From IMG/VR virus record IMGVR_UViG_3300045988_026640: 40,639 bases of DNA, one strand, 5' to 3'. This document shows, one piece after another, positions 8,591-17,648 of this stretch (positions within the stretch are counted from its first letter, which is position 1; each line of letters opens with the position of its first letter). The notes beneath the pieces were generated by a model that saw nothing but the letters and a program-made list of their open reading frames with translations, had not been told where the DNA came from and did no database searches. This DNA comes from a virus. The translations under genes and the position numbers were made by a program.

Positions 8591-9294
8591 GCGTGAAATA
8601 CAAATATTCCGGGTTGACCAAGGAATTATATCAACGGTTAGTCAGCGAGCATGCATCACTGAGGAAAGCACACCCGAGAGATTATAAGCGGTTCTTCCAA
8701 GATGTGAAACAGTGCAGTGAGTTACAAGCTCGCATCATTTATCAAGCGTTTAATAGCGCAGTCGTTGAACGCCAGAGAATCTCACCTCGAACAGTCGAGA
8801 GGTTAGAAGGTGTCATTTCTGACGAGCTATTCAACGACCTTCAAGATTATCTGTCTACTAATTACACAAGAGGTAAAACCACACGTCCAGTGTTGGATAA
8901 AATCAATGCAGGACTGCCAGAACACTTATTCAAGCGTTTCCAGGAAGAAGTGGAAGAGCTACGCAAGGAACACCCTAACAACCTAAACAACTACATTAGA
9001 GAGGTTAAGGGCTGCGACCAGAAAGCGGCTAACAAAACCCAAAACGCCCTCAATTGTTGCTATGCGGAAAAAGCCGCCCTAACACCGTTGAAGGCTGTCC
9101 AAATGGAAGGAATGTTGTCAAGAGAGCTGTTCAGCGAGATTATTGATTATGTCTTCAATAACTATGAATGGAGCGAGAGATTGGACAATGAAGTTGATCG
9201 CATCATTCTTAAATATAGAACTAAGGGCGAGGTAGGTCGTAATAAAGCAACGGTCAGAAAAGCCCTATATACAGCCTACATGTTAGGTGTGTAG
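8587..9294 (+). CDS. Hypothetical protein built from two tandem ~95-aa paralogous modules
   Basis: Internal duplication is visible in the translation. The shared pattern is GL..L..R...LRK.HP...VK.C...EG..S.ELF...DY...NY, in residues ~9-104 and ~109-200. Confidence 0.55.
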   Translation: MSVKYKYSGLTKELYQRLVSEHASLRKAHPRDYKRFFQDVKQCSELQARIIYQAFNSAVVERQRISPRTVERLEGVISDELFNDLQDYLSTNYTRGKTTRPVLDKINAGLPEHLFKRFQEEVEELRKEHPNNLNNYIREVKGCDQKAANKTQNALNCCYAEKAALTPLKAVQMEGMLSRELFSEIIDYVFNNYEWSERLDNEVDRIILKYRTKGEVGRNKATVRKALYTAYMLGV

Positions 9295-9333
9295 CTAGAA
9301 CGGTTTACGAGGGTTCGACTCCCTTGCTAGCTA
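9293..9333 (+). other. tRNA-like minihelix (acceptor-like stem plus canonical T-arm); not a full tRNA
   Basis: AGCTAGA (9293-9299) pairs with GCTAGCT (9326-9332) as 6 bp plus one mismatch. This stem encloses GAGGG-TTCGACT-CCCTT (9309-9325), a T-stem with a 7-nt TTCGANN loop. No D arm or anticodon arm is present. Confidence 0.3.
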
Positions 9334-9679
9334 TTGTCTGTCAAATACACTAAAAAATGAAGCTAAATAAATATATAGATTTTTAGTGGCTTGAACACTT
9401 TTTTAACACCGGACAAGCTGACAGACCTTGTCCAAACAAACCCAGCAAATTTAAGAAAAAAAGGATGTGAAACACCCTCTTTCTTATTGATATCTTGCAT
9501 TACAAAATAGCCAAAGATCTTGCTGGTGTCGATGGCTAGGAAGGAGGTAGCACCAAGGCTCACAAACTCAATCTTTTCATATCTCTTAATACTGAGCCGA
9601 AGAAAATAAAAAAGACCGACACAATGGCCGGCACTCTTTGAAACACGATATAACTATTATATCACACAAGAGGGGTGTC

Positions 9680-10117
9680 ATGGCAAGTATCAATCTATTT
9701 GCGGAAGTAGATAAAACCGCAACTAAAAAGAAAGCTATAAAGGTGCTAAGAAGGTATCGCATGCTAACACGAATAGCGGGCTTGGAATACGCCCCTAAAG
9801 TGACAGCTTCGTTCTCGTTAGAACCCAAATCATTCGACGGCATGGTCCATAGTCAGACCGAAAGCATAGTAACACGCAAGGTGGCCGCTGAGCAAGACTT
9901 GCAAGCTATTGTCAGAGCTATCAACGCGTTATCAGATAGGCATTACAGCCAGATATTGATAGAGTGTTATTGCAGAAACAGAAAGCAATACAACATTGAA
10001 GTCTATATGGACCTTGGATATTCTGAAAGTGAATATTATCGAATGAGAGAACAGGCAATTTTGGAGTTTGCGGAGAATTACCGCAACGGAGAATGTCTGG
10101 TATTTCTGGGAGATTAA
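9680..10117 (+). CDS. ArpU-family late-gene transcriptional regulator
   Basis: ATG 9680 follows AGAGGGG. Size is ~145 aa with a sigma region-4-like C-terminus (YSQILIECYC...EYYRMREQAILEFAENY). The position immediately upstream of terS is typical of the RinA/ArpU/Ltr group. Confidence 0.7.
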   Translation: MASINLFAEVDKTATKKKAIKVLRRYRMLTRIAGLEYAPKVTASFSLEPKSFDGMVHSQTESIVTRKVAAEQDLQAIVRAINALSDRHYSQILIECYCRNRKQYNIEVYMDLGYSESEYYRMREQAILEFAENYRNGECLVFLGD

Positions 10118-10194
10118 GACGAAGAAAACACTCGATAAATGTTAGAATTTGAGCGTTTATTAGCGATATAATATTAGTATTGATAATTATAGCT

Positions 10195-10225
10195 AGACAA
10201 CTCATTTTGTGGGTTGTCTTTTTTA
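10195..10225 (+). terminator. Intrinsic terminator between the late regulator and terS
   Basis: AGACAAC (10195-10201) pairs with GTTGTCT (10213-10219) around an 11-nt loop. A T6-7 run follows at 10219-10225. Confidence 0.55.
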
Positions 10226-10748
10226 TGCACAAAAATCTAGCAGTGAAGGAGGTGGACATATTGGGCTAAATCAACGACAAAAACTATTTGCTAGCGAGTA
10301 TATCAAGCTAGGTAACGCTACACAAGCAGCTATCAACGCTGGATATAGCGAAAAGACGGCAGGGCGTATCGCTGGGCAAAACTTGAAAAAACTTGAAATT
10401 AAACGCTTTATCCAAGCCGAAGTTGAGAAAATGCACGATGAGAACATCATGGGTGCTAAAGAAGCCCTGTCCATTTTATCCGACATTGCTAGAGGTAAAC
10501 GTGATGAAGAAGTCCTCATGATGAATCCATTGACTGGTGAAGTTGAACGGCTTATGAAAAAGGCTGACAACAACACAGTTATCAAGGCAATTGTTGAAAT
10601 CCTGAAACGTTATCCAACGGCTAAACAGTCCGAGAAATTGGAACTTGAAATCAGAAAGCTAAGAGAACAGCTTGATAGCGGTGTTGAAGGCACAATGAAC
10701 GTCAACATCATCAATTCATGGGAGGATATCCCAGATGGCGACGATTGA
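10209..10748 (+). CDS. terS: Terminase small subunit (start uncertain; true start possibly ATT at 10260)
   Basis: LNQRQKLFASEYIKLGNATQAAINAGYSEKTAGRIAGQNLKK is a typical TerS HTH N-terminus. The 3' end overlaps terL. GTG 10209 lies inside the terminator hairpin loop. A strong SD, GAAGGAGGTGG (10246-10256), precedes the in-frame ATT at 10260. Confidence 0.8.
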   Translation: MGCLFYAQKSSSEGGGHIGLNQRQKLFASEYIKLGNATQAAINAGYSEKTAGRIAGQNLKKLEIKRFIQAEVEKMHDENIMGAKEALSILSDIARGKRDEEVLMMNPLTGEVERLMKKADNNTVIKAIVEILKRYPTAKQSEKLELEIRKLREQLDSGVEGTMNVNIINSWEDIPDGDD

Positions 10749-12039
10749 CATTCAGAAAAACGTTAACCCGCATTTTAAATCGGTTTGGCAGTCTAACAAA
10801 CCTTACAACGTTTTAAAAGGTGGACGGAACTCTTTCAAATCCTCGGTTATCGTGCTAAAGCTCGTCTATATGATGATTAAATACATCATGAAGGGCGACA
10901 AAGCAAATGTTGTTGTCATTCGTAAGGTGGCTAATACAATCCGTGACAGCGTGTTTAACAAGGTTCAATGGGCTATTAGTCTATTTGGTCTGGATAGCCA
11001 GTTTAGAGCTACCGTGAGCCCGTTTAAGATAGTCCACAAGCGTACTGGTTCGACATTCTATTTCTACGGTCAAGACGATTTCCAGAAACTGAAATCAAAT
11101 GACATCGGGAATATCATTGCAGTCTGGTACGAGGAAGCAGCTGAGTTTAACAATGCTGAGGACTTCGACCAGTCTAATGTTACTTTTATGCGGCAAAAGC
11201 ATGAGAAAGCCCCGTTTGTGCAGTTTTTCTGGTCGTACAACCCACCTAGAAACCCATATAGTTGGATAAACGAGTGGTTTGAGGACATCAAGACCAACGA
11301 GAACTATCTAGCACACTCAAGCACTTACCTTGACGATAAGTTAGGTTTCGTGACTGAGCAAATGCTAGAGGATATTGAACGTATTAAGCAGAATGATTAC
11401 GATTACTACCGATATTTGTATCTTGGTGAAGCGGTTGGTCTGGGTAATCAAGTGTATAACATGAGTACGTTTCACGCTATCGATAGTTTACCCACGGACG
11501 ATAGACTTATCGGGATATCATTCGCAATGGATACCGGACACCAACAATCAGCTACTGCATGCGGTGCTTACGGTCTGACCGCTAAAGGGAATGTGATACT
11601 ACTTGATACATTCTATTACAGTCCAGCTGGTCAAGTTGTTAAAAAGGCACCGAGTGAGTTAACTGTCATGGTCAGCAACTTCATTGACAAGGTACTCAAA
11701 CAGTACCGAGTGCCAAAACTGAGAATGACAATCGATAGCGCCGAGGGTGCATTAAGAAACCAATATTTCAAAGACTTTGGCGAACGATGGCATCCAGTGG
11801 CTAAGAAGAAGAACCAAACCATGATAGACATGGTTATCAGTTTACTAGCTGAGGGGCGTTTCTACTACTTGGACATTCCAGCTAACAAGATATTCTACGA
11901 GGAACATAAGATGTACCGCTACGATGAGAAAACGATACATTCTGACGATCCAAAAGTTATCAAAGAGGATGACCACTGTTGTGATGAATTTAAATATTTT
12001 GTACTAGACAACGCTAGAGACTTAGGTCTCAAAGTGTAG
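10735..12039 (+). CDS. terL: Terminase large subunit (PBSX/Terminase_3-like, headful type)
   Basis: Walker A-like VLKGGRNSFKSS, Walker B-like AVWYEEA and a C-terminal nuclease region with acidic residues. Lies between terS and the portal gene. Confidence 0.9.
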   Translation: MATIDIQKNVNPHFKSVWQSNKPYNVLKGGRNSFKSSVIVLKLVYMMIKYIMKGDKANVVVIRKVANTIRDSVFNKVQWAISLFGLDSQFRATVSPFKIVHKRTGSTFYFYGQDDFQKLKSNDIGNIIAVWYEEAAEFNNAEDFDQSNVTFMRQKHEKAPFVQFFWSYNPPRNPYSWINEWFEDIKTNENYLAHSSTYLDDKLGFVTEQMLEDIERIKQNDYDYYRYLYLGEAVGLGNQVYNMSTFHAIDSLPTDDRLIGISFAMDTGHQQSATACGAYGLTAKGNVILLDTFYYSPAGQVVKKAPSELTVMVSNFIDKVLKQYRVPKLRMTIDSAEGALRNQYFKDFGERWHPVAKKKNQTMIDMVISLLAEGRFYYLDIPANKIFYEEHKMYRYDEKTIHSDDPKVIKEDDHCCDEFKYFVLDNARDLGLKV

Positions 12040-12051
12040 GAGAAAGAAAGA

Positions 12052-13560
12052 ATGGGAATTATACAGACCATTAAGAACATCTTCAAAAGGAGTAATTATG
12101 TGATGACTAATCAAAGTCTAAACAGTATCACCGACCACCCTAAAATCGCTATCTCACCCGAAGAATACAATCGTATCATGGATAATCTTAGATACTTTGC
12201 CGGAGTCTTTGACCGTGTGACTTACCGAGATAGCAACGGGGCACAAGTTAAGCGAGACTTTAACCATTTACCTGTTGGACGTACAGCGTCGAAGAAGGTA
12301 GCCAGTCTCGTATTCAATGAGCAAGCTACGATTCAAGTCGATAACGAGGTGGCCAATGAGTTTATCAATGAAACATTGAAAACTGATAGATTCAGCAAGA
12401 ACTTTGAGCGCTATCTGGAATCATGCCTTGCCCTCGGTGGGCTTGCTATGCGTCCATACGTGGATGAAGGCCGTGTCAGAGTGTCATTCGTGCAAGCACC
12501 AGTCTTCTTGCCATTGCAGTCAAACACTCAAGACGTATCGAGTGCTGCAATCGTTACTAAGACACTCAAAACAGAGGGGCAGAAAGTAAAATACTACAGT
12601 TTGATTGAGTTTCATGAGTGGACTAAGGATAGTTATACGATAACTAATGAGCTATACGAGTCTGAATCTAAAACTCGTATCGGTCAACGTGTCCCTCTAT
12701 CAATGCTCTATGAGGATTTAGAAGAGACTGTCACACTCAATGGGCTTACAAGACCATTATTCACGTACCTTAAGCCTCCAGGGATGAACAACAAGGACAT
12801 TAACAGTCCTTTAGGTTTGTCTATTTTTGACAACGCTAAGACTACGATGGACTTTATCAATACCACCTATGACGAGTTTATGTGGGAGGTCAAAATGGGT
12901 CAGCGTAGAGTTGCAGTACCTACTCAAATGATTAAGACTGAGTACGACACCAGCGGTGAGAAAGTAACAGTCAAGCGTGAGTTTGAAACAGGCCACAATG
13001 TCTATGAGCAATTCGATAGCGGTGATATGGATAAGGGTATCGGTATTACTGACCTTACTACAGATATCCGTTCGGACGATTACATTAAGGCTATTAACAA
13101 GGGATTGAGCCTATTTGAAATGCAATTAGGGGTGTCCGCTGGCATGTTCAGCTTTGATGGAAAATCTATGAAGACTGCCACCGAGGTTGTATCAGAACAA
13201 TCAGACACGTATCAAATGCGTAACTCTATCGCCACTCTTGTAGAGCAATCTTTGAAGGAATTGGTAATCTCAATTCTAGAGATTGCTAAAATCTACAACC
13301 TCTACACTGGTGAAATTCCAACGATGGATGAAATCAGCGTGGACTTGGATGATGGAGTATTCACTGACCGAAACGCTGAGTTTGATTACTGGTCTAAGAT
13401 GGTAGCCGCCGGGTTTGCACCTAAGACGATGGCCATCGAGAAAACTCTTAATGTCACCGAGGAACAAGCTCAAGAGATTTATCAATCTATCAATGATGAA
13501 ACAATGGTAAGCGCTGATAGCTTTAGGACTACTGACGAGGTTGATATTTATGGGGAGTGA
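12052..13560 (+). CDS. Portal protein (SPP1 gp6-like size and position)
   Basis: A 502-aa ORF directly after terL, with SD GGAGAAAG upstream. Called from conserved order and size. Confidence 0.85.
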   Translation: MGIIQTIKNIFKRSNYVMTNQSLNSITDHPKIAISPEEYNRIMDNLRYFAGVFDRVTYRDSNGAQVKRDFNHLPVGRTASKKVASLVFNEQATIQVDNEVANEFINETLKTDRFSKNFERYLESCLALGGLAMRPYVDEGRVRVSFVQAPVFLPLQSNTQDVSSAAIVTKTLKTEGQKVKYYSLIEFHEWTKDSYTITNELYESESKTRIGQRVPLSMLYEDLEETVTLNGLTRPLFTYLKPPGMNNKDINSPLGLSIFDNAKTTMDFINTTYDEFMWEVKMGQRRVAVPTQMIKTEYDTSGEKVTVKREFETGHNVYEQFDSGDMDKGIGITDLTTDIRSDDYIKAINKGLSLFEMQLGVSAGMFSFDGKSMKTATEVVSEQSDTYQMRNSIATLVEQSLKELVISILEIAKIYNLYTGEIPTMDEISVDLDDGVFTDRNAEFDYWSKMVAAGFAPKTMAIEKTLNVTEEQAQEIYQSINDETMVSADSFRTTDEVDIYGE

Positions 13561-13566
13561 TAGGGT

Positions 13567-14742
13567 ATGGCTAAGAAAAAACCTATCAAGTTAAATGACC
13601 AGCAATTAATGTTGATGGCTGATAATGTTTCAGACATCTATCGTCAGTTATGTAACGACCTATTTGACAATGTTGTGGAGCGTTTGCATGATCGCGGGAC
13701 TTATTACCTTGACCAACAGCCTTATCTTTGGCAACTAGAAAAGATGGCTGATGTTGGGATGCTAAACAACCACAATATCAAACTGATTGCTGAGCGGTCT
13801 GGGATTGCTGAAAAACAAATCAGATACATCATCGAGAATGAGGGTTATAAAGTCTACAAAGACACTCATGAGCAATTGAACTCTAACGCTTACGATTACA
13901 AGGTTATGAAAGACCTTATAAGCTACTCTAACCAAGCTGTCAATGACGTACATAATCTTATCAATACAACACTGCCGAAGAGCGTGCAAGCGACTTACAA
14001 GGACATTATCGAGACGACAGTAGCCAAAGTTATCACTGGTATGGCTACGCCTCAAAAAGCCCTTGATGAGACGATAATGAAGTTTCAAGAGCGGGGGTTC
14101 TATGGCTATACCGACAGAGCAGGGCGGAGACAGAGGGCTGATGCTTACGCTAGGGCGGTTATTAAAACGACTGCTAGACGTACATTCAATGAAATGCGAA
14201 TGAGACCAGCGCAAGAGCTAGGGATTGATACCTTTTATTACTCCATTAAGGCAGCAGCTAGAGAAATGTGTGCACCTATCCAAAATCAGATAGTGACCAC
14301 AGGGCGAGCTAGGACTGAAGAAGGCGTTAAGATATTTGCTCTTGATGATTATGGCTATGGCAAGCCCGGAGGATGTCAAGGGGTAAACTGTGGACACACT
14401 ATGACCCCTTTCATTCCCGGCGTCAACTACATGCCAGACATTGACGATGATTTGAAAGGCTTGACTGAAGAACAAGCTATAAAGAACGCTAATGTCCAGA
14501 GCAAACAACGAGCAATGGAACGAGCTATTAGGAGCACCAAAGAACGTCTACACGTTGCCGAAGTCATGCGCAACGATGAATTAACCAGTAAATACAAAAC
14601 AAGGCTTACAGAGCAGAATAGAGCCTTGAAATCGTATGTTGATAAACACCCATTCTTGTATCGAGATAGAGAGCGTGAGAAATACCACGAAGACCCTATT
14701 GCTATCGGTCGATTGGCAAAAAATAGAAAGATGGTGATCTAA
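13567..14742 (+). CDS. Minor head / head-morphogenesis protein (SPP1 gp7 / Mu F-like)
   Basis: Lies directly after the portal gene. Contains a GVNCGHTMTPF segment resembling the conserved NCRC motif region of the gp7/Mu F family. Confidence 0.72.
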   Translation: MAKKKPIKLNDQQLMLMADNVSDIYRQLCNDLFDNVVERLHDRGTYYLDQQPYLWQLEKMADVGMLNNHNIKLIAERSGIAEKQIRYIIENEGYKVYKDTHEQLNSNAYDYKVMKDLISYSNQAVNDVHNLINTTLPKSVQATYKDIIETTVAKVITGMATPQKALDETIMKFQERGFYGYTDRAGRRQRADAYARAVIKTTARRTFNEMRMRPAQELGIDTFYYSIKAAAREMCAPIQNQIVTTGRARTEEGVKIFALDDYGYGKPGGCQGVNCGHTMTPFIPGVNYMPDIDDDLKGLTEEQAIKNANVQSKQRAMERAIRSTKERLHVAEVMRNDELTSKYKTRLTEQNRALKSYVDKHPFLYRDREREKYHEDPIAIGRLAKNRKMVI

Positions 14743-14774
14743 TTCTTGACTTGTAGGAACAGACTACTAAAAAA

Positions 14775-14802
14775 ACCGTATCAATTTTGATGCGGTTTTT
14801 CT
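14775..14802 (+). terminator. Intrinsic terminator after the packaging/portal operon
   Basis: ACCGTATCA (14775-14783) pairs with TGATGCGGT (14788-14796), with one G-T pair and a 4-nt loop. TTTTT follows. Confidence 0.7.
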
Positions 14803-14873
14803 TATTGACCTGTCGAATGTCGTAAAACTAGGCAAATTCAGTCCCTTGGACGTAAAACAAAGGAGTTTTAAAC

Positions 14874-15485
14874 ATGAGTTTGAAACGTGACATGTTAGTT
14901 GAAGCTGGTATCACAGACAAGGCAGTGATTGATTCCTTAATGAATGCGTACGGTTCAGGGATTGAGAATGCCAAAGCACAAGCTAAGTCTGAGCTACAAG
15001 CTGAAAATGACAGCCTTAAGCAACAACTTGAGCAGCAAAGCCAAGCTCTCAACGACTTGCAAGCTAAAGAGGGAGCGAGTGAGGAACTCAAACAACAATT
15101 GACGGACTTACAAGCTAAATTTGACACTTACAAGTCAGAGAATGAAGCTAATCTTGCGAAAGTTACCAAATCTAACGCTATTCGCCTAGCGTTGAAGGAT
15201 GTGGACGCTCACAACTCGGATGACCTTGCCAAATTCATCAATTTTGACGATATCGAACTTGATGAAGCTGGTAAACCTAAACTAGACAAGGTTATTAAGG
15301 GATTGAAAGAGACAAGCCCGTATCTTTTCAAACAGCAAAGCGAGCAGCCTAAAATCTTTGCCGGTGGGAATCCAACTGCTAGTCAGAATGGGCTCACTAA
15401 AGAAGATTTCAAACGTATGGGAATCAATGAGCGTCAAGAGCTCTTTGATAAAGACCCAGAGCTATATCAACAATTGAAAGGATGA
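14874..15485 (+). CDS. Capsid scaffolding protein
   Basis: Acidic, Gln/Glu/Ala/Lys-rich coiled-coil protein of 203 aa immediately upstream of the major capsid gene. SD AAAGGAG. Confidence 0.7.
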   Translation: MSLKRDMLVEAGITDKAVIDSLMNAYGSGIENAKAQAKSELQAENDSLKQQLEQQSQALNDLQAKEGASEELKQQLTDLQAKFDTYKSENEANLAKVTKSNAIRLALKDVDAHNSDDLAKFINFDDIELDEAGKPKLDKVIKGLKETSPYLFKQQSEQPKIFAGGNPTASQNGLTKEDFKRMGINERQELFDKDPELYQQLKG

Positions 15486-15493
15486 TTTAATCT

Positions 15494-16339
15494 ATGGTTC
15501 TTGGAACAACAACGACTGCACAAGTCATCAATCCACAGGTTATGGCTGATATGGTATCAGCTAAATTACCTAAACTTATCAAATTCACACCACTCGCCGT
15601 GGTAGAAACTACCCTTGTAGGTCGTCCAGGGGACGAGCTTACAGTGCCACAATGGACATATTCTGGTGATGCCACTGAAATCACTGAGGGTCAAGCTATT
15701 CCAGTTGACCAACTTGGCACAAAAGAAACAAAAATGAAGATCAAACAAGCTGGTAAGGCTATCGAAATCACTGATAAAGCCGCTTTGGTTGGACATGGCA
15801 ATGTCTACGGTGAGGCAACTAACCAGATCGCACTTGCTATCGCTAACAAAGTCGATAACGACCTTGTGGATGTGGCTAAAACAGCAACACAAAACATTAC
15901 TGAAGCTCCTGTTTCAGTAGCAAACATTGACAAAGCCTTGGAAATCTTCGCTGATGAAGAAGACGCTCGCTATGTTGCCCTTATCAATCCAAAGGATGCT
16001 ATCAAATTGCGTGCTGACGCTGGCCAAAACTGGTTGAAAGGCTCAGAAGTGGGCGCTGACGTTGTCGTTTCTGGCACTTTTGGTGAAGTGTCTGGCGTGC
16101 AAATCGTCCGCACTAAAAAGGTCGAAGAAGGAAAAGGCTTCCTCGTTAAAGTCTCATCACTTCAAACCGACACAGATGACGATGCCAAATACGGAGCTTT
16201 CGTGATCAACTTGAAACGTGATGTCATGATTGAGAATGACCGTGACATCTTGAAAAAGACTACTGTTTACTCTGGCGATGAGTATTACGGCGTCTACCTT
16301 TACGACGACTCTAAGGTCGTTAAGTTCGGAGGTGCTTAA
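15494..16339 (+). CDS. Major capsid protein
   Basis: A 281-aa ORF after the scaffold gene. Called from position, size and composition typical of siphoviral major capsid proteins. Confidence 0.75.
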   Translation: MVLGTTTTAQVINPQVMADMVSAKLPKLIKFTPLAVVETTLVGRPGDELTVPQWTYSGDATEITEGQAIPVDQLGTKETKMKIKQAGKAIEITDKAALVGHGNVYGEATNQIALAIANKVDNDLVDVAKTATQNITEAPVSVANIDKALEIFADEEDARYVALINPKDAIKLRADAGQNWLKGSEVGADVVVSGTFGEVSGVQIVRTKKVEEGKGFLVKVSSLQTDTDDDAKYGAFVINLKRDVMIENDRDILKKTTVYSGDEYYGVYLYDDSKVVKFGGA

Positions 16340-16524
16340 TGGGTATGCTAATGCGTCGTCATTACAACGGCGAGCAAGAAGCACCCGTTATTGACGTTCA
16401 AGAACAAGTGACTGAAACACTAGAGAACAAGACCGTTGCTGAATTGCGAGTAATCGCACAACAACGAGACTTGACTGGTGTTTCAACGCTTACCAAGGCG
16501 GAACTCTTAGACCTCCTAAAATAA
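16339..16524 (+). CDS. Small head-associated protein with Rho-N/SAP-like helix-extended-helix motif
   Basis: C-terminus is TVAELRVIAQQRDLTGVSTLTKAELLDLLK. The ATG overlaps the capsid gene stop by 1 nt. Confidence 0.55.
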   Translation: MGMLMRRHYNGEQEAPVIDVQEQVTETLENKTVAELRVIAQQRDLTGVSTLTKAELLDLLK

Positions 16525-16541
16525 CAGAAGGAGGTGGTTGA

Positions 16542-16931
16542 ATGACATATTTAACCGAAACAGAATTTTTGAAACTTGGTTTTGAAGATGTAGAAGATTT
16601 TGAAACGCTATCAGCTAGAGCTAGTCTCATCATTGATGCTTATATCAAGAACTTCTACGATTTCAACGATTTTGAGACAGATTTCGAAACTCGCAAGAAG
16701 GCTGTAAAGAAAGCAGTCGCTTATCAAATCGCCTATCTAGATTCAAGCGGCATTATGACCGCCGAGGATAAGGCCTCACTAGCAAGCATGACCGTAGGAC
16801 GTACTCATGTAAGCTATCAGAACGGCTCTAAATCGTCCAACGGTGGTCAGAAGTACAATCTATCTCTTGATGCTCTAAACTGGCTGACATTGGCTGGTTT
16901 TGGTTACAAGGCGGTGGGCTATGATAGATAA
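16542..16931 (+). CDS. Head-tail connector (gp6-like DNA-packaging/adaptor protein)
   Basis: Called from position after the capsid genes and a size of 129 aa. SD GAAGGAGGTGG. Confidence 0.6.
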   Translation: MTYLTETEFLKLGFEDVEDFETLSARASLIIDAYIKNFYDFNDFETDFETRKKAVKKAVAYQIAYLDSSGIMTAEDKASLASMTVGRTHVSYQNGSKSSNGGQKYNLSLDALNWLTLAGFGYKAVGYDR

Positions 16932-17253
16932 ACGCATGCTAGTTGACACTGTCACAATCCAGAAGCCCGCTAGCGTTGATAAGTGGGGGAAAGAGACCTA
17001 TTCAGACCCTATTACATTGAAACATGTAAGGTTTGATAGGTCGGTATCTCATACTGGCAGCGGTCAAAGTCGAAACGAGAATAATTTCTCAGTCCTCATG
17101 ATCTATCCAAGATATACACCTATCGAGTTGGATAATAGCTGGGTGGATGGTCGAGTTAAGGATAACAACCAAGACTATATCATTCGCAAGATTATCCCTC
17201 AGTATCATCCGTTTAAGCATACAATCCTATGCTACGAAATCGAGGTGATTTGA
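16921..17253 (+). CDS. Head closure / neck protein
   Basis: ATG 16921 overlaps the previous stop region. Called from position in the neck module. The ORF track begins at 16900. Confidence 0.5.
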   Translation: MIDKRMLVDTVTIQKPASVDKWGKETYSDPITLKHVRFDRSVSHTGSGQSRNENNFSVLMIYPRYTPIELDNSWVDGRVKDNNQDYIIRKIIPQYHPFKHTILCYEIEVI

Positions 17254-17648
17254 TGGGTGCTGATGTAACTATCAAGGTAGATTTGAATGGACTTGAAAAG
17301 AAGTGCAGTCCCGAAGCGGTCAGACGTGGTCAGATTGCCATGAGTAATCAAATGCTTTTGGATATGAACAAGTACACACCAGTACAGTCTGGACACTTGA
17401 GAGGTAGCGGGCACTCTAACGTTGATACGTTGGTATGGTCAACACCTTACGCAAGAATTAGGTTCTACAATCGTAGACTTAAGCTATTCTTTTCAGAAAA
17501 ACAACGTAAGTTTTTCTTTGCAAATAAAGACAGACTGCTAGCACAGAAACCAAAACCTGGCACTGGTGGGCGATGGGACAAAAAAGCCGCTGCTAAACAC
17601 AGCAAGCAGTGGGGACAAGTAGCAATCAGAGCAATGGGAGTGAAATAG
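17253..17648 (+). CDS. Neck / tail-completion protein
   Basis: ATG 17253 overlaps the TGA of the previous gene, with GAGGTGA upstream. Called from position in the neck module. Confidence 0.5.
   Translation: MGADVTIKVDLNGLEKKCSPEAVRRGQIAMSNQMLLDMNKYTPVQSGHLRGSGHSNVDTLVWSTPYARIRFYNRRLKLFFSEKQRKFFFANKDRLLAQKPKPGTGGRWDKKAAAKHSKQWGQVAIRAMGVK

Noticed and set aside
9225-9333. Full-length tRNA gene ending at the T-arm-like element
   Set aside because: No complementary 5' acceptor strand, D arm or anticodon arm lies 65-75 nt upstream. Only a minihelix can be drawn.
9363-9563. 66-aa minus-strand ORF in the early/late gap
   Set aside because: It has a GTG start without an SD, runs opposite to all neighbours, and has unremarkable composition. 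The region is treated as non-coding and reported as a finding instead.
14805-14860. Late promoter upstream of the scaffold gene, built on TTGACC and the repeated CGTAAAAC (near 14819 and 14849)
   Set aside because: No -10 hexamer lies at a workable spacing from TTGACC. The 8-mer repeat occurs only twice, and I could not find it upstream of the other late operons.
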